Shown: positions 23,959 through 39,901 of the stretch, in pieces
Position numbering within the stretch: position 1 is the first letter of the stretch
Layout of the letters: each line of letters begins with the position of its first letter
Assembly: GCA_964276515.1 (NCBI GenBank)
Contig: OZ193909.1
Location: forward strand, 3,844,001-3,908,000
Reading direction: 5' to 3'
Origin: Gordius albopunctatus
Taxonomy: Eukaryota
DNA length: 64,000 nucleotides
The notes under the pieces: model-generated
The model's database searches: none
Seen by the model: the letters and a program-made list of their open reading frames with translations, nothing else
What the model was told of the DNA's origin: nothing
Position numbers and translations under genes: made by a program

Positions 23959-25371
23959 TAACCATAAAAATCATTATATTAGTCAGATTTTGATTGCCAT
24001 GATCGATATTAGTTAGTCTTAAATAGTTTTGTGATACAGTGTCAAATATAATTCTATATTATTAGCCAGGTATGAAGAAGGTTATGCTCCCAAAAATTCG
24101 TTTAAATAAAAGGCATGTATTTTGTTGCCAAATTTTTTGGTAGACTCTTTTGATGAAATTTTGACTTTTGCATTCGTCTTTAATCTATCGATTCTTGCAG
24201 AATTGTTTATCAGTTATCTTTGGAGTTAATTTGTTACGAGAAATTTCGATGGAAGGCATTAATATGTTCACAAATCACAATAAAGTAAAGTAATGGTTAA
24301 TAAATCGCTATAACTAATTTCGCCATGACTTTATTAGTTATCATGGCGTCAGGGGGTGGTAGGGAGGGGCAGCTGGCGCCCTCTAAATCCGAAAATACTT
24401 TAAAATTTCATAAAATTCTCATTTTGCCTCTCTTTAAACGTTATTGCCTCTAATGATGGTGTTAAGTAAGATATAATATTGATATGAGTTTATATCAGCA
24501 AGATTCATCCATATAATCCCATCTACAGAATAAAACTTTGGCGAACCTTTTAAGTTTGCGAGGACAAATAGAAGTTGACAATAAAGCGCGTCGCAATATA
24601 ACATGACCAAGGTGAATTCGTTTCAAATAAATATTTTAACGATTTTTTAGATACGAGTTAATTAAATAAAAGTTATTGGTAAGATTTTTTTCTCATAGAT
24701 TCTTGATAACAGATCATAATAATAATAAGGTTCTAATTTTTTTTAAATAAATTATAATATTTGTATTTTATCATGATAAAATATTTTGTGTATACCAAAA
24801 AATGTCCTATTATAAAGCATACATCGATAGCAATTAATATGGAAATTTATTAGTGTAAATAATATAAATTACACAAAGCTATAAGGGTATATGTAAAAAA
24901 TAATAAGCCATGTTATGATATTTTTTGGGCGTTAAGTTGAAGCCATTCTTTTATTGGATCGGATGTTGACTTCTAGAAAAATAGAATAATATTTATTGGT
25001 TTCTTAATTTATTTAACTAATAGTTTTTATGATGCTCTGAGATCAACAGCGAAACTTGTATAGCTTTCAACACACCCGATCTATAGTGAAACAAGTAGAT
25101 ACGGTGCACTTTTGAGGAATTTGATTTGCAAAATGCTCGACTCTGGTCTATTTTTAAAATTTCGACTAAGTCTAGAGGTCGACTAAGGAGAACAGACCAA
25201 AAAACCTTTGGTTTGTTTATGTTTAATCCACTAAAACCGAAGGTCGACCAAATAAAACCCACCCGTTTTTACTACACTACGCTAAAGAGACAAATTTGAC
25301 AATCGTCTTAGTTTTCCATCTCAAATGATTAGCCATTTTTTATGCTGATTTATGAGAACAGGTATATTAGC

Positions 25372-28300
25372 TCAAGATATTCCATGCATTACATTTTGAC
25401 ATCGATCCCCAGCATAGCCATCTAGGCATATGCATTCGCCTTCAATGTTGCAGTCGTTACGTCCGTAGGCGTTAATGCAATTTTTCGGGCATTCTAGATT
25501 TATACAAAATTAGTATAAATACGTAAAATAATGTATATAATATTCGGTAAATCAAAAATATTTAGTTGAGCACTAAACTCATAAGAATCATATAAAATGT
25601 TCTTTTAAATTAAGATAATCTTTGAAGCATACCAGTAGCTTGTGGGAAGAATATCGAGATCATATTTTTAATAATGTATCAAGGTGTTTTAACACTTTTA
25701 GAGACACATTGGTATCAGTGCCAGAAACCTCGCTGTATATTAGTATTGTTATTGTATAAAAGAATGTTACTAATTTCGTTTTTTTCTTAAATGAAAAACT
25801 TTTTTATCTGAAGTATCAATAACAAAATTTACCATTCTAAGAGCATTTGTAATTAATACAGCCTTAGAATGGAAGACGTTGAATCTAGCGGAAGCATCCC
25901 AACAACATTACGTAAAAAGCTCATTTTTTTGGAATAATCTAAAAAGTTATTTCCATATGTTAATAGATTTATAAGGTTCCCCTAGAAATAATTTAAAGAC
26001 TTTTAAACTTATAGGTCAATCAGAAATGGTTGAAAACGCATGTTATTGTCACTTTAATTAAGCTGTGGCGATTTCGATGTATCCAACTGCAGTTAAACTG
26101 GTATTTTTATTGGCATGTACCAAATTGTTTTTTTTTACGAGAAATATATAGATTTTTCCAGATTTATCAAACATATATAAAAGGATTACAGGACTCACTC
26201 CAACGTTACTCTGCTCCTCTGGATATTCCATTTATTCATTACTTTTGCGATCACATCTTATTCTACCAACATCACATTGTTGACATAGCTTTCAACTGCA
26301 CCTAGCTAGTTATCTAATCATCAAACCTGCTAAATTTTTTATCATCCTTACCAACACCCTCGCTTATATTTAATTTCGCTGTTATTTGATTTTTATCATT
26401 GCGTGTTTTGGTTTAATAATAAAAATAAAGGATTTGACAATCTTTACAAAGCCCTAATTTATAAAACATGTTAAACCAGACTTCATGTGTTCATCATTAA
26501 TACGTATTAAAACATAATCATCACTAGTCAAATGTTTTGCCAATCTGTATTATCTAATTTTATAGCAAAACAAGCGAGCTTTATTTATTTATTTTTTATA
26601 TAAATGACATTCACCAATACCTTTACTGCAATCGTCGCCATAAAACCCTGTTTTGCAATAACAACGCTTTCTATTGCATTCGCCAGATTTGGGATCGCCT
26701 TTATGGCATTTGCATTCACCAGATTTTGAATCGCGTTCATAATGGCATTTGCATTCGGCAGATTTGGAATTGCGTTCATGGCATTCGCAATCTATTAACG
26801 ATTCAAAATTATTACTCCTTGCATTTAAAATTACAGAAGATGTGCAATTTGGTAAAAAAAATTTTATATTAAATAAAAATATGGCTTTTTATTTATTGAA
26901 ATTATATGAGAATAAATCTATGAAGTAGTCATTTTAAATAGGTAACTATGAGTTTAAGATGTAAAAATGGTAGAATTTAAAAATGAGGAGTAAATTGAAT
27001 TATATATTTTACTACTGAAATCACAATAAAATTCTTCCCCCTAAATAAATATGCTGTAAAATTTAAATCAATGATTGAGAGGTGTACCTAGAGAACTCCT
27101 GAAATTACAACACAGAGAGTGTTAAAAAATTCATTTTTTAAATTAACTTATCACTGAAAATGAATTTTTAAGGTAGGATGTTTTGATCATTTATTGCTTT
27201 AATCATTGAAAATTTGGTATTCAAAAATTTATTATAAAAAAATAAGTTGGTAATAGAGAGTAGTTAAGGTGGAATTTATGATGGGCTAAGTCAGATTTTA
27301 CTCAAATGGGGATGCAAAGAAGATGCTCATGATTAACTGAGATGCATACTGATGATATTTTTAAATTCTAATCCTCATTTGGCTTAATATATAATAATAT
27401 GTATTAACCATGAAATGCATAGCAATTAAAAGAGGGGGGATAGGCACCCCTAGACATGTCCATAATAATAAAATAGTTAAATAACACACGCGATATATAT
27501 ATAGGATAATGATTAAACATAATTTCATAACGTCAAGATGGATGAAACTTATTAAAACAAAGACTAAATCTTATATATAAAAATTATATATATATATATA
27601 TATACTTGAACTGCAGTTGCTTCCATATTTGCCGATTGGGCATTCGCATTTGCCTTCCCAAGAGCATTTGTTTCCATTTTTCATATGCTTACAACTACAA
27701 ACTAACAAATACATTAGAGGTGAATTTAAGATATGATTATTGAATTTTTCAATTTTGATATAATTTAATAAGGGGACCCAGACCTTTTAAGTCATTTATT
27801 CTTATCTTAAACTTTAAATCTAGAAACTACAAATTTTTCATAAAAAAATTGATGAAAAAGTCATTATATCTATTGAAGGAAATTTTGTTAAATTTCCAAA
27901 CTGTAAGCTCCTAAAATGTCGGAGTTAAAATAAAAAATATTATAAACATGTGAAAATCATTCGAAATAATAATCGATAATCACATACATCTCAACCTGAT
28001 GGTTTCCAATTTTCAAATATAATCTAATTTTTAGTTTAGATTAATCTTAGAATGATTATTAGCCAGCTATATAAGATACTGTGACGGGTAATATTAACAA
28101 TGTTGTTATATTATATTCGTCCCTGGTAAAATGTAATAACAAAAAACGGAATTAATCATTAAATTTGAGAATTTGATAAAGTCAGAAATTTTAGAATATA
28201 TATATATATTTTTTTCTATGATTTAGTTATAGCTAAAAAAGATTTTTAAATATAAAATTGTAATAAGGTTTCATATTTTAAATAACCTTGATTACTGCCT

Positions 28301-31300
28301 TCTAATTTTAAGATCGACTTTCTTTAAACCTCTTTTAACTCCTTATAGCATCTAGTTGCTTTGTTTTAAATGGATAGGAAGTGCGATAATTTTTAATGTT
28401 AAATTTATTAATATCTTGATTAGAGTCATAAATATATCTATCTTCAATACCCAAATATAAATCAATATAAGTTTTGAAATATTAACAGTGACTTGAATTT
28501 CTTACGTAAGTTATATATAAATTTTTAACTCACTTATAAATAATGTCATTTAATTATTATTTGCAATATTCTTCTTAAAACACCGCAAAAGTAAGATTTT
28601 GATATCACTTATAGTTCAATAGTTTCTATTTAAAACTCAAATAACTCATTATGAACGAGTTGCACCAATTTCTATGGTGTTGTGACCTTTGTACACCTTC
28701 ACAGTTATCACGAACAAGCCAAATTTATCTCAAAATTTTATGAAACAAATTAACGACTTTATTAACCCTCGAGAGCACTCCTGAAAATCACGAACGCGAG
28801 AGCATTCGTGGGGTATATTTGACCCCATTTTTTAACTTCTTATAACTTTTTAAGTATTTTTTTAAACCTTTCAAATTTTGAAAATGTGTTTATAAAGGTC
28901 TTAAGATTGATGGTATAAATTTTGATATGAATCTAATCAACATTACAAAACTTATTAACGATTTTCTTGACCCCCATTTTTATTTTGACTATTTTAGAGT
29001 TTTACCTCTTGACATCATATACCTTAAAATAAATCAAAATAAACGTGATTTTTTATTAAAAGAATGTCCAAAATATATTAAAAACACAAATTGTAAAAGA
29101 TATCATCAAACAAAAAAAATACATACATTTTTTCCAATAGAAAAAAACTTACGTGAGAGCATTCGTGGGGTACACAGTTTAAAAAGTAGTGGGCCAAAAG
29201 TTATGAAATTTTCCTAAAACTTAGTTCTTGGTAAAATATTAGGCTACTGAAAAGGCCAGATTAATTCGTTTTTAAATGCATTTTATATTTGTGTTTGGAC
29301 CCCACGAATGCTCTCGAGGGTTAATAGAGAATAATGTACCCGATTCACACAAACGACCATAAAATCCATCTTTGCAAACGCAGTATCCATTATGAGTCCA
29401 CAGTGTTTGACTCCGAACGCACTCTGTAATTGCCCCAAAAATACATTTCATTTTTATTTTTTCAAATCGTTGGTTTATGCCATAGTAAATAGGTTTAGAA
29501 GTTACTTACTTTCGTTGCAGAGTTGCCCAACAACGTAATCCTGACAAATGCACATTCCGATTGGATTCACCTTTTTAGATGGACATTTACTCACTAAATA
29601 AACAATGAAGTTTGTTGCATATGAGTCTAGCTCAGAATTTTATTATTATTACTATTATATAGAGAGCGTAGTAATAATGTCTTTCATATAGATAAATTTT
29701 AACGGTATTTTAATTAAATATGAACTAATTAATCTTAACCCCCTGCATTGAATTGGTTTTCTATTCATACATGTGTTTCCTTGATTTATACAACATAGAT
29801 GATTATCAAAATGTTTTAATTGTGGCATTTAAAAGCAAGTTAAGTCAGCTGCTTTTTACTTTAAATCTCTCATCTGATTAGATGTTGATCCTATATGATA
29901 TAAAAATTTAGTTTGGGTGAAGGTCATATACAAATAAATTAGGTTTTGTTGCAAAGTCCATATTTTGGTAAATGTAAAATAAATCATCCCTGACGCATAT
30001 GTACAACTTATGAAAAATATGTATCAAACTTCAACGTGCGTTAGGACGACAGTTGGAGACTCTCAACCTTTTTAGGTTAAAATTGGATTACAAGAATGAT
30101 CTGCTTTAAATCGTTTTTTATTCAATATAATTGTGGATGATAACTAGAGACATTTATAAGCCATCTGCTGTATGCTATATGCCGATGATATATTACTATG
30201 CGAAGGGACAAAGGAGAAAGTATTCTAAGAAGCCAAAAAATGGTCAAAGCGCTCAGCGGAATATGGTTTAAAGGTCAAAAATATAAAAACGGTGTACATG
30301 GAGATAAAGGTTATAGACACCACATCATTAGATGATTATATGAAGTACCCAAAAGTAGATAGGTTTGCATACCTTGACTCGATGCAACATTAGGAGAGAG
30401 ATTACGCAACACACGTAAATGCCCGGATTCAAAAAAGATGGCTTAAATGGCGAAGTCTATCACGTGTAATGTGCGACAAGAAAATTCCACTATGGTTGAA
30501 GAACAAAGCTTACAAATCCATCGTAAGATTGGGGTTACTTTACAGAGGCACTATACGTCACGGAAGAAAAGTTGGTGCAGGCCATGGAGAAGAGAGTCAT
30601 ATGGTGGAGCCTTGGGTATACTAAGCTCGACCATATGTTTCTCAGGACGAAAATGGATATTCAACTTATGACGGACTTAACGAAAAAAGATGGGCACATA
30701 CTAAGAAGGAAGACGAGTGATGTATTCGAAAAGTACTGTATATGGGGGTATCGTGGAAAGGAGGAGGAGGACGCTCTTGTCTCATTGCAAGGACAAGTGG
30801 ACAAAGTTATGAATAATAAGAATATTAACCAAGACATGGCCCTTACCAATTCAAGATAAAAGAAAACTGTCAAAACAAATCCGACGACAGTGAGATCAAA
30901 TACTTGATAAAGAAGAAGAAAATTTTCTTAATTCTAAATTAATTTTTTGATAGCCAAATCATAAATAACATAACTGATAAATTGGAAATGAATATATTAT
31001 GTGTCATAATTATTATAACCGTCTTGGCAATAGCCTCCGGAATAGTTATCATGGCATATGCACCAACCATAAAAATCACATTCACCAAATGAGCCTTTCA
31101 AGTTACACGAACAATCTATTAATAAGCATGTGAAATATGCGTAAACAAAAGAATATATGTTTTTATAAATGTGTTTTATTGAAAGTATTTAACATTTTTT
31201 AACTGTTTATTTTATCAAAGTTATTATTAACGTTAAATTTTAGTTAATTTATATAGTATTAAGATTATGAGGCATTATTTAGTGGAACTAGATTTGTAGT

Positions 31301-31862
31301 TTTAGGCTGTGAAGTGGGCTAATTTTCGAAACGTTTTAATATTATTTACTAACTAATGAAAGCCTTTTACTACTTCTAAATTTTTTAATTCAAAAAAGTT
31401 TATTTTAATCCTTTCTGATTTGTTTAAAAAGAATTGATTGTTTGATTCTGTTCTACAAACCTTAACCAACGAATATAGTTTAAATATCCAAATGAAAAAC
31501 GATATTTGATTTTTCATATTGAGTTAGGTTCTAATCGAAATGTTATGACTTTTTTTAAACTTTTTCATTGATACTTTTAAAGGTGTTATTTTACTTTGTG
31601 AGCAATCAATTCCATAACTTCCTATAGGACACGCATTGAAATTGTCATTAAATTCTTCGTACGTTAGCGCAAAGTTGACTTTATATAGAACTAAATTTTA
31701 AAAAATTTTGGAATTTTAACAAAATATCAAAATATTGAATAGGTAATTTTTAATAATTTCCAATGATTTAAATCGATATAATTATATTTAATATAAGTCA
31801 AATATATATTAAAGCTTACTCGCCAATATAAATAATAAATATTTATGCATAAAATTTTGCAT
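25372..31862 (-). CDS. EGF-like repeat protein gene (copy 2)
   Basis: Same eight exons and splice sites as copy 1. Confidence 0.85.
28762..29324. mobile_element. piggyBac-type MITE (copy 2)
   Basis: Duplicate of 10059-10621. Confidence 0.9.
29973..30921 (+). mobile_element. RTE-like remnant (copy 2)
   Basis: Duplicate of 11270-12218. Confidence 0.85.
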
Positions 31863-31899
31863 TACGACTTTAATTTGTATAATTTTCAAATAATATCTC

Positions 31900-32355
31900 A
31901 ACTAATTAATTGTTATTATATATATTTGTACTTTAGCTCGTTTTACTCAACTAATTAATTATTATTATTATTAATACTTCAGCTCGTTTTACTAAACTAA
32001 TTAATTGTTACTATTAATATTTGTACTTCCGTTCGTTTTACTCAACTAATTAATTTTTACTATTAAAATTTGTACTTCAGTTCGTTTTACTCAAGTAATT
32101 AATTGTTTCTATTAATATTTGTAATTCAGCTCGTTTTACTAAACTAATTAATTTTTACTATTAATATTTGTACTTCAGTTCGTTTTACTCAACTAATTAA
32201 TTGTTATTATTAATATTTGTACTTGAGCTCATTTTACTAAACTAATTAATTGTTATTATTAATATTTGTACTTGAGCTCATTTTACTAAACTAATTAATT
32301 GTTACTATTAATATTTGTACTTCAGCTCGTTTTATTCAACTAATTAATTGTTATA
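31900..32355. repeat. 49-bp minisatellite (copy 2)
   Basis: Same array as 13197-13652. Confidence 0.95.
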
Positions 32356-32512
32356 TTAGAAATTAGTAAATAAATTGCAGGTTAATGATTGTTGGCTTAT
32401 AAATGACAATACACTAATCATTTATTAATTTCATTCTTTATACTTTATTAAATCATTTTTGCTACCTATATATACATCAAATTATGACGATTAAAAAATA
32501 ATTCATTTAAGC

Positions 32513-34684
32513 TATAAATAGACATCGTTTGGCCTTGCGCCTTATTGATTGTCATGGGAATGCCAATCTAATTGGAAATTTTATGCGTTTGAATTCAATC
32601 GGCATATATGTGGGAATCATAGGGATTCGTGACAGCATACATGTTCACATCGAACCTTGCCATTCAAAATGCTGACTTCGAGTTTTTCATTAATATTTTA
32701 ATGACACAGCCAATGCAATGCCTTTTTTGTATCGTATGTCGGCAAGGATTATCGAAATGAGAAATGTTTTGCCAGTTCTACCATATGTCTTTATTTTTGT
32801 ATTTCGCTTATTAATGTAACTTTGTTTCTTGAAAATAAACTTTAACAAAAAAAAAAAAAAAGAAACCCCTTGTCCTGACGAAACTATCAGCATAATGCGG
32901 TCGTAAATGGTTTTTTGTTCATGAGTTAGTGGTGGGACATTGCGAGTAACAATCGCTGCCATTTCTAAAGTATTATACTGCAGTTCAAGACTCATATCAG
33001 TGTTGAGTAAATCAGATGTACATTGATTTGGTTAACTCATACCAAAATGACTAATTTTAAAAACATTCAGTCAACACTATAGCGAATAGTTGACGAATTT
33101 GTGTTCCTGTATAGTTTAATGCTGCTTCAGTAAGAATACTGTCCTGATAGTTGTCGTCTTCTAGCAAGCCTAATGTAGGGCATGCATCTTTATACGCTAG
33201 ATACTGTTGTCCATTTACTTTACATATATCGTGAAATGACCATGAGCCGGTGCCATTAACCAACAACAGTCGCAGTTGAAAGAACTAAGTCTGCATTGGA
33301 TTCACTGTATATACACTATGTCGATGATTGATTAAAATATCCACATGGGCCATGATTATGTTTGTAGTAACAATATCAAACAATAATTTATCAGTACACG
33401 GATTTGGAATTTCTGCATAAATTAAACTATCAATGTCTTCAGGAGATATTTTGTCGATGAACTAAATCAAAATGTGAGCAAGTGCTAATCCTCGTGTTGT
33501 ATATTGCCAATTAATTTATTGAAGTAACCTAATAAGTGGTGGGAATAAAATTTAATTTAATTAGTGGTGTGAATAAAAGGTTGAGAAACTATTTATCGTC
33601 TGTGGGAGATTCCTAATTAATGGTTTGTTTAAGGCACTAATTAGAAACAGGCGAATATGTTAAAGGCATTCCTCATGCAAATTGAGATGTGCAGTACATC
33701 AACCTGTCGTAAGGTTGAGGGCATCCCTAATGCAAATTGAGAAGTTCAGTACATCGACAGGGTTTAAATAGCTGTATTTTTATCCTGCAAATAATAATAT
33801 TTTTTTTCTTACTTAGAACTCGGTTGTCCTGTTGCAACTATCTCAGAAAACCTACACCACCCCTAATCCAATACCTTCATTAGTCCTTCCACATCACCCA
33901 ATATCACCTATTTTGCGCACTTATATTTTGACCGCGCACAAATAATTGATATCGTTTAACGCTTGCATTTAAATCCAAGATATTGTTGTCTTGACAATTT
34001 GATTAAATATCATTATAAGTTATAACTCGTATTCGTCCATTGGATTTCTTTGGTGAACAATAAACTGATTATCAAGTTTTAAAGTACTCATTCGAATACA
34101 TCCAGCAACGTGCGGGGCAAAATATTATTGCGGATATGTTAATAAATAGAATACTTTTAATAAATAGAATACTTCAGCTCTTTTTTTATATGAAAGATTA
34201 TTTAAATTGTTGCATTTTACAGTACTCCTGTATGACGTCATGAGGTTGCTTTTGATTGACATTTTATTAAACGTCAAAACGTATGTAACAAAATAACTTG
34301 AACGTCTTATCACTTAGTGGTTTAAAAAATAGTTTAAAACCAATTCTCAGACCTACCAAATATTCGCAGAAATTTTTGTTGTTGTAGCCGCAACGTGCAT
34401 TCACGCGATTAGCGAGTGCGCGTTCGCAGTCGCCACCACCCATAAAGTAAATTTGTAAAAATTTATAAGATTCTTTTGGCATCGGCAGCAATGAACCCCC
34501 TTTGTGAAAACCTTGCTTTTCATTTTAAACGTTGAATTAAATTGTTGACAGTTTTCAGCATTATTCTCAACTATTTCTTTTGCTCCGAACGATGTCATTT
34601 GGAAGCATAAATCGAATGTCCGAATTGACTTGAGGAACAGACTAGAATCAGGATCCGTACCGATAAGTAAACCGTGCAATGGTT
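32513..34684 (-). mobile_element. Helitron remnant (copy 2)
   Basis: Duplicate of 13810-15975. Confidence 0.9.
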
Positions 34685-34907
34685 ACAATAAATCATTCGT
34701 TTTGACATAAATAAATCTTTTTGCCTGTGATAAAATTCTAATACATATTAAATAGTCCTTTCGAAATCCCTATGCCCCTTGTGCTCCAGAAATATCTAAT
34801 TAAACAAAAAGTATTGTTTTTTACAACATAGCCCTGTTACAAATAAATGCCCCTCATCAGGGAAGTTCGCTCCCCCAAACATAATACGTCCACCATCTAC
34901 CTTAATA

Positions 34908-36059
34908 TTGGATGATAACATTAATTTTAGCCCTTCTGGTACAGATATACCTAATCTAATACATCATCAAACCTACTATACCACAAATGAAAAAAATGAC
35001 ATGACATGGAGCAGAGCCTTTTTATCTCAAGCATTCCCACCAACCATATCCAGAATTCCAAGGGGGGCCCTGGCGTGCATGCAACAGTTTTTAATAAAAT
35101 TACTTAACAATATTATTTCTCTCCCTCCGAACCTATCCTATTGGAAGAAATTATTTAAATTCTCTTTTTACATTTGATATATTCCTCAAGACAAGGAAGC
35201 AATAATTACTCATAATAAACAGCCCTCCAGCATATAACATGGATAGAAAGGAATCCCAAATATTAACCCCCAAACAAAAAGCGAAAAAAAACTCTAGAAA
35301 AATTCACTCATTCAACATCAAAAGCGCAATGAGATACCTCGAAGAAGACAATTCATTTTTGAGTCCTTCACAAAAATCATATGAAGAAATGGTTCTCAAA
35401 CATCCCCAGAGTCTATCTTCTACTTACCTATCGCCCTCGCAACCTTCAGATATTGCTTTTAAGTCATCAGACATTCGAGATGCCATCTTATCTTTTCCCA
35501 TGGATTCTGCAGGTGGTCTCGACGGCATAAAACCAATTTTTTTAAAATATCTTATAACAATTGATAATAATAACTCCTCCATCTTACTAGACTTACTCAC
35601 CAAATTTTGTAACCTTTTAGTCAATGAGAGTATACCTAAAGAAATAACGCCCATAGTCTTTGGAGCTAAGCTTTTAGCTATTAGGAAGGCCGACAATTCA
35701 GCCAGGCCTATCCCTATCGGCGGTGTCTTCCGAAGAATTATTTCTAAATTAATTTGCTCGGCGATCAAACCAATATTGACCCCTACTTTAAAACCGCATC
35801 AACTAGGCTTCGGGGTCGAAGGAGGGTGCGAGATAGCTACCCATGCCGCAGGCTTAGCCCTGGAACACCTCGCTCTGGGTGACTCCTTTATAAAACTGGA
35901 TTTTAAAAATGCTTTCAATAGCATTCGCCGCACTGCCTTCATTAATGGTTTTATCAAGCTATTTCCCCAATACACCAACTACATCATTTTAAGTTCCGGA
36001 TGTCCTTCGATTTCGAAATTTGGAGAATTCTTCCTTGAATCCGCAGAAGGGATCCAAAT
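34908..36059 (+). mobile_element. CRE-like 5' RT fragment (copy 2)
   Basis: Duplicate of 16199-17350. Confidence 0.9.
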
Positions 36060-36970
36060 AAATATATCGTTAATGGCAAAGTTAGTTAGAACTAGAAAGT
36101 AATTATTTAGAATACAAATTTGATTAAAATGTTTGTCATAAAATAAAATACGCATGCTCTCATTTAAAGTTTACAATTATATGTTCTTGATCCTTTGATA
36201 ATGCCACTTTTATTTTTGTTTTACGTTATAATATGTGCAACTAATTATCAATTCTTTAAATAATATTATTATCATTAAAAATCACTCTCATTTTGTGGAT
36301 TATAACGCTATATTCAATAATTAATTCAAATATTATAAATTTTCAAGTCTTTTACATTTTACAGACACGGTGAATTAGATAAAATGTTAAATTTGCTGGA
36401 ACTATAAATTCAACTTTATATACATCAAAATTATTTATAGCTTATTTTTGATTTGCACTTTCCATAGAAAATATTATCTGTATGAATTAGTTCATTATAT
36501 TTATTTTGTCAATGAGATGTCGTGTCGTGCTAGATCTTTAAGGAGTTTGTGTATTTATGTTCTTAGAAAAATATAAAAAGTTTTCCATTTGGATTTTTTT
36601 ATCACTTATTTAATATTTTTAACAAAACATAAGAAATTTTAATTTCGTATAAATTTTTTATAAAATAAGTCGAGACAAGTCGAGAATTCTCGTCGAGACG
36701 AGATTTTTCTAAACCGAGACGAGATCTTGTGAAAGGGTTTTGTTGAATTTATTATAAGAGGGAGATTATCCACTGTTTTAATGCATTTTTTGAAACAAAA
36801 TTATTCTTCTCTATGACATTAAAATATTGCACCTTTAAAAATCAATGAGGCTATTTATCAAGTCTATGCTATTTACTTATACTTTAAGGATGTCGCTGAT
36901 CTCTTTATTTAGATACTGACCCCATGAAAAATCATTCACGGATATTGAGATAATTTTTTTCAAGATCGAC

Positions 36971-38601
36971 ATGTTCATTACATTACTCTGCTTCGGTGAG
37001 TTTTTATTTTTTCATTCAAAAATTATTATGTTATAAATCTATTTAGCCTTAACACTCATAACTGTGAGTTTGAGTGCAGACGTTAATCCACAGGTCATTA
37101 GTAAGCATCAAAATAGCGTGTATCATCAATAAATATAACCAAAATTACGTATTTTCACCGTTTAACCTTAAAACTGCCATGTACATATACGCGGCGGGAA
37201 CTAGAGATGAAACTTGCTACGCTGAACTAGGAAATTTTTTGCAGCAGTCTTTGACACACGAATACATTAGAAGGTAGTCAGGTTTTTTGAGCAAATATCA
37301 AGACTACAAAAACGATGCAACCGAAATTAAAATATTAAATGAGCTATTTGTCAATAATAGAATGACTATAAATCCAAATTATGCTAACGCCGTAAAGAAA
37401 ATATTTAGGGCCTTGGTGACCCCGACTAGTTACAATTCACCAGATCAAACTTTTAAAGCCATCAATGCTAAAGTAGCTCAGCCTACTCGTAACAGAATTC
37501 GGGATTTATTTTCCCCTAGAGATATTACAAGCAACACTCTTATAGCTTCTCTCAGCACTCTCTATTTTAAAGGACTGTGGGAAGTTCCGTTCGATAAGAG
37601 CTAATTTTTTAAGCCCACTTTATATTTTCTAATTAATTTTTGAAGATGAACGACTCAGCAAAATATTCATACAGAAGACGGTCGATATGTCTTAACACCC
37701 GTGATGAATATTGCTTAATTAGAGATCGAACAATATACAGACATGAGAGATTTGGCCAATTATTTAATCTTGAATCACAAAGAGACCAAATTTAAAACGG
37801 TCCTAATTCTTCCCAATTCCAAATCAACGTTAAAAGCACTCAAATACAAACTTTTTATGGATCCTAATATATTAGTGAATGCACTCAAGAAAGCTTCCAT
37901 CAAAATTCCTAACATCTCCATACCTCTGATTGATCGTAAAACAAACTTGCAGATAGTATCGAGGTTGTTTCCAATAATGGTAATTTAGGATTGATAAAAT
38001 GGGAGGGTGGAAATGGGTTTACATATTTCGGTCGTCCAGCGACCATTATCAATAAAAAAAGGGTAAATTACAAGTGATGTGGATTACAAATAAGGAACGA
38101 AGGACGATTTGATAATGGTCGCTGGACGACCGAAATATCTAAACCCATTTCCACCCTCCCATTTTATCAATCATAAATTACCATTAGTGGAAACAAATTG
38201 GATACTACATAATGGATTGGTATTACATAATTTTATTAAACTTGCAGATGAACACGATATTGGCGAATTCTAATCTAAGTTGCATCTTTAAGTAACTATC
38301 GATATATATTTGGAGATGAATTTTATGTATAAATGTATATAACTGAACTTCCATTATGCATGTTTCCAGCCATAGTTTGAACAATATCGTCAAATCACGA
38401 GCCTTGTCGTTGGATAAAATGGTTCATAAAGTCAATTTTCAAATGAACGAAAAAGGAAGTAAAGGGGCAGCGGCCACTGGTGGAGCCCTCGAAGATAGAG
38501 CATTTGACAATATGTTTTTTAATAGACCGTTCTTGCATTTACTAATCGAAGTTGAGTCTGGAAATGTTTTATTTCCGGGAAGATATTCAAGCCCAGATTA
38601 A
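36971..38601 (+). pseudogene. Serpin pseudogene (copy 3)
   Basis: Same sequence and lesions as 18262-19892. Confidence 0.9.
37955..38237. mobile_element. Foldback insertion in serpin (copy 3)
   Basis: Same as 537-820. Confidence 0.8.
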
Positions 38602-39901
38602 AGGCGATCGACCGAGACGCATTATGATGCATTTTTTTGAAATTTATAATCAAAAATATATGTAACACAAAATTAGTTTAGATGATTGCATACATTTAAA
38701 TATTATAGAAATGTTCTGTTTATATATAAAGCTTAGCCATCATATGGGTTAACAAGTGAGGAAGAATTGAAAAAAACTTCTGGTGAGCCACAGTGAAAAT
38801 CAAGATTAGCAAAGTAAAATCGTCGAAAAAAGACACACTTTTGAAAGTTTAAGGATTTTTACCATTCTTTATAGGTGATTGAGAAGCATGCCTTTTGAAA
38901 ATAAAAATCCCAGCGAATAAGATACTCGATATTATTATGGTAATTATAATCTTATTATTATATTTAAATCATATTCAGTAATTTTGTAAGAAATTTTTAT
39001 ATATTTTTTATATGCGCACTTTCTATCCTTTATTTCCTACTATTAAAAATGTACAAAATGTGTAATAACAACTAATAACGATCAACCAATCGAATGATGA
39101 TTTCTAGAAAATAAATGTAAGTATTAATGTAAGTGTTGGACGATGGCTGTGAGAAATTGCCGTGAAATTAATCCGCTAGAATGAGCGACGACTACGAGTA
39201 AATTTAAGGTATTGGGTAAGGGGGACCGTTTGGTTCTTCCTTCATGCTACCGCTTGACCCACGAGATTCAAAGATGAAAAATAAAATATCCCCCCCCCCG
39301 CCCCACAGGACTAACGAGTAGAAAAATAAATATATCATTGTATCATGGTCAAATGCCCGCTATTTACACCTTGTCGATGCACTTCTCATTTGCATGAGGG
39401 ATGCCGACAGTTCCATGTACTGCACATCTCCACTAATATGAGGCATGCTTTTTATATATTTGCCTGCTTATAATTAGTGCCCATTATTCACATAACTAAT
39501 TTTAGTTGGCAAGATACAACAGGCTATCCTTCCTAGCTCATTTGCATAAGCGAGTAAGTAAAGTGATTCAACTAAAACTACAACAATATTCAATATTTCC
39601 TGGTTGTTTTGTTATTTAAAAGAATTGACTTTTCTACTAATAGTCAATTTTCAGTAAAAATGTTGTTAAACATTTGATTTATATTTTAAACTTAATTTTG
39701 GCAATTTCGGACACAGATTTAGAAATAAAGTTGACATATATGGGGTGATAAACTATCGTCTCTATTGATAAAAAATGTCCTAACCCTTTCGTCACAGATA
39801 TTAAATAAAAATAAGATTTTTTAATCAACTAACAAATTTTTTATATATGATAATGTACATAAAAGCATATCTAGCCGCAAGCAATAGGAAAAATCATTAT
39901 A

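Larger units (their letters stand above)
18705..37413 (+). repeat. ~18.7 kb tandem unit, copy 2
   Basis: Near-identical to copy 1; recurs again at +18709 (19647/38356). Confidence 0.97.
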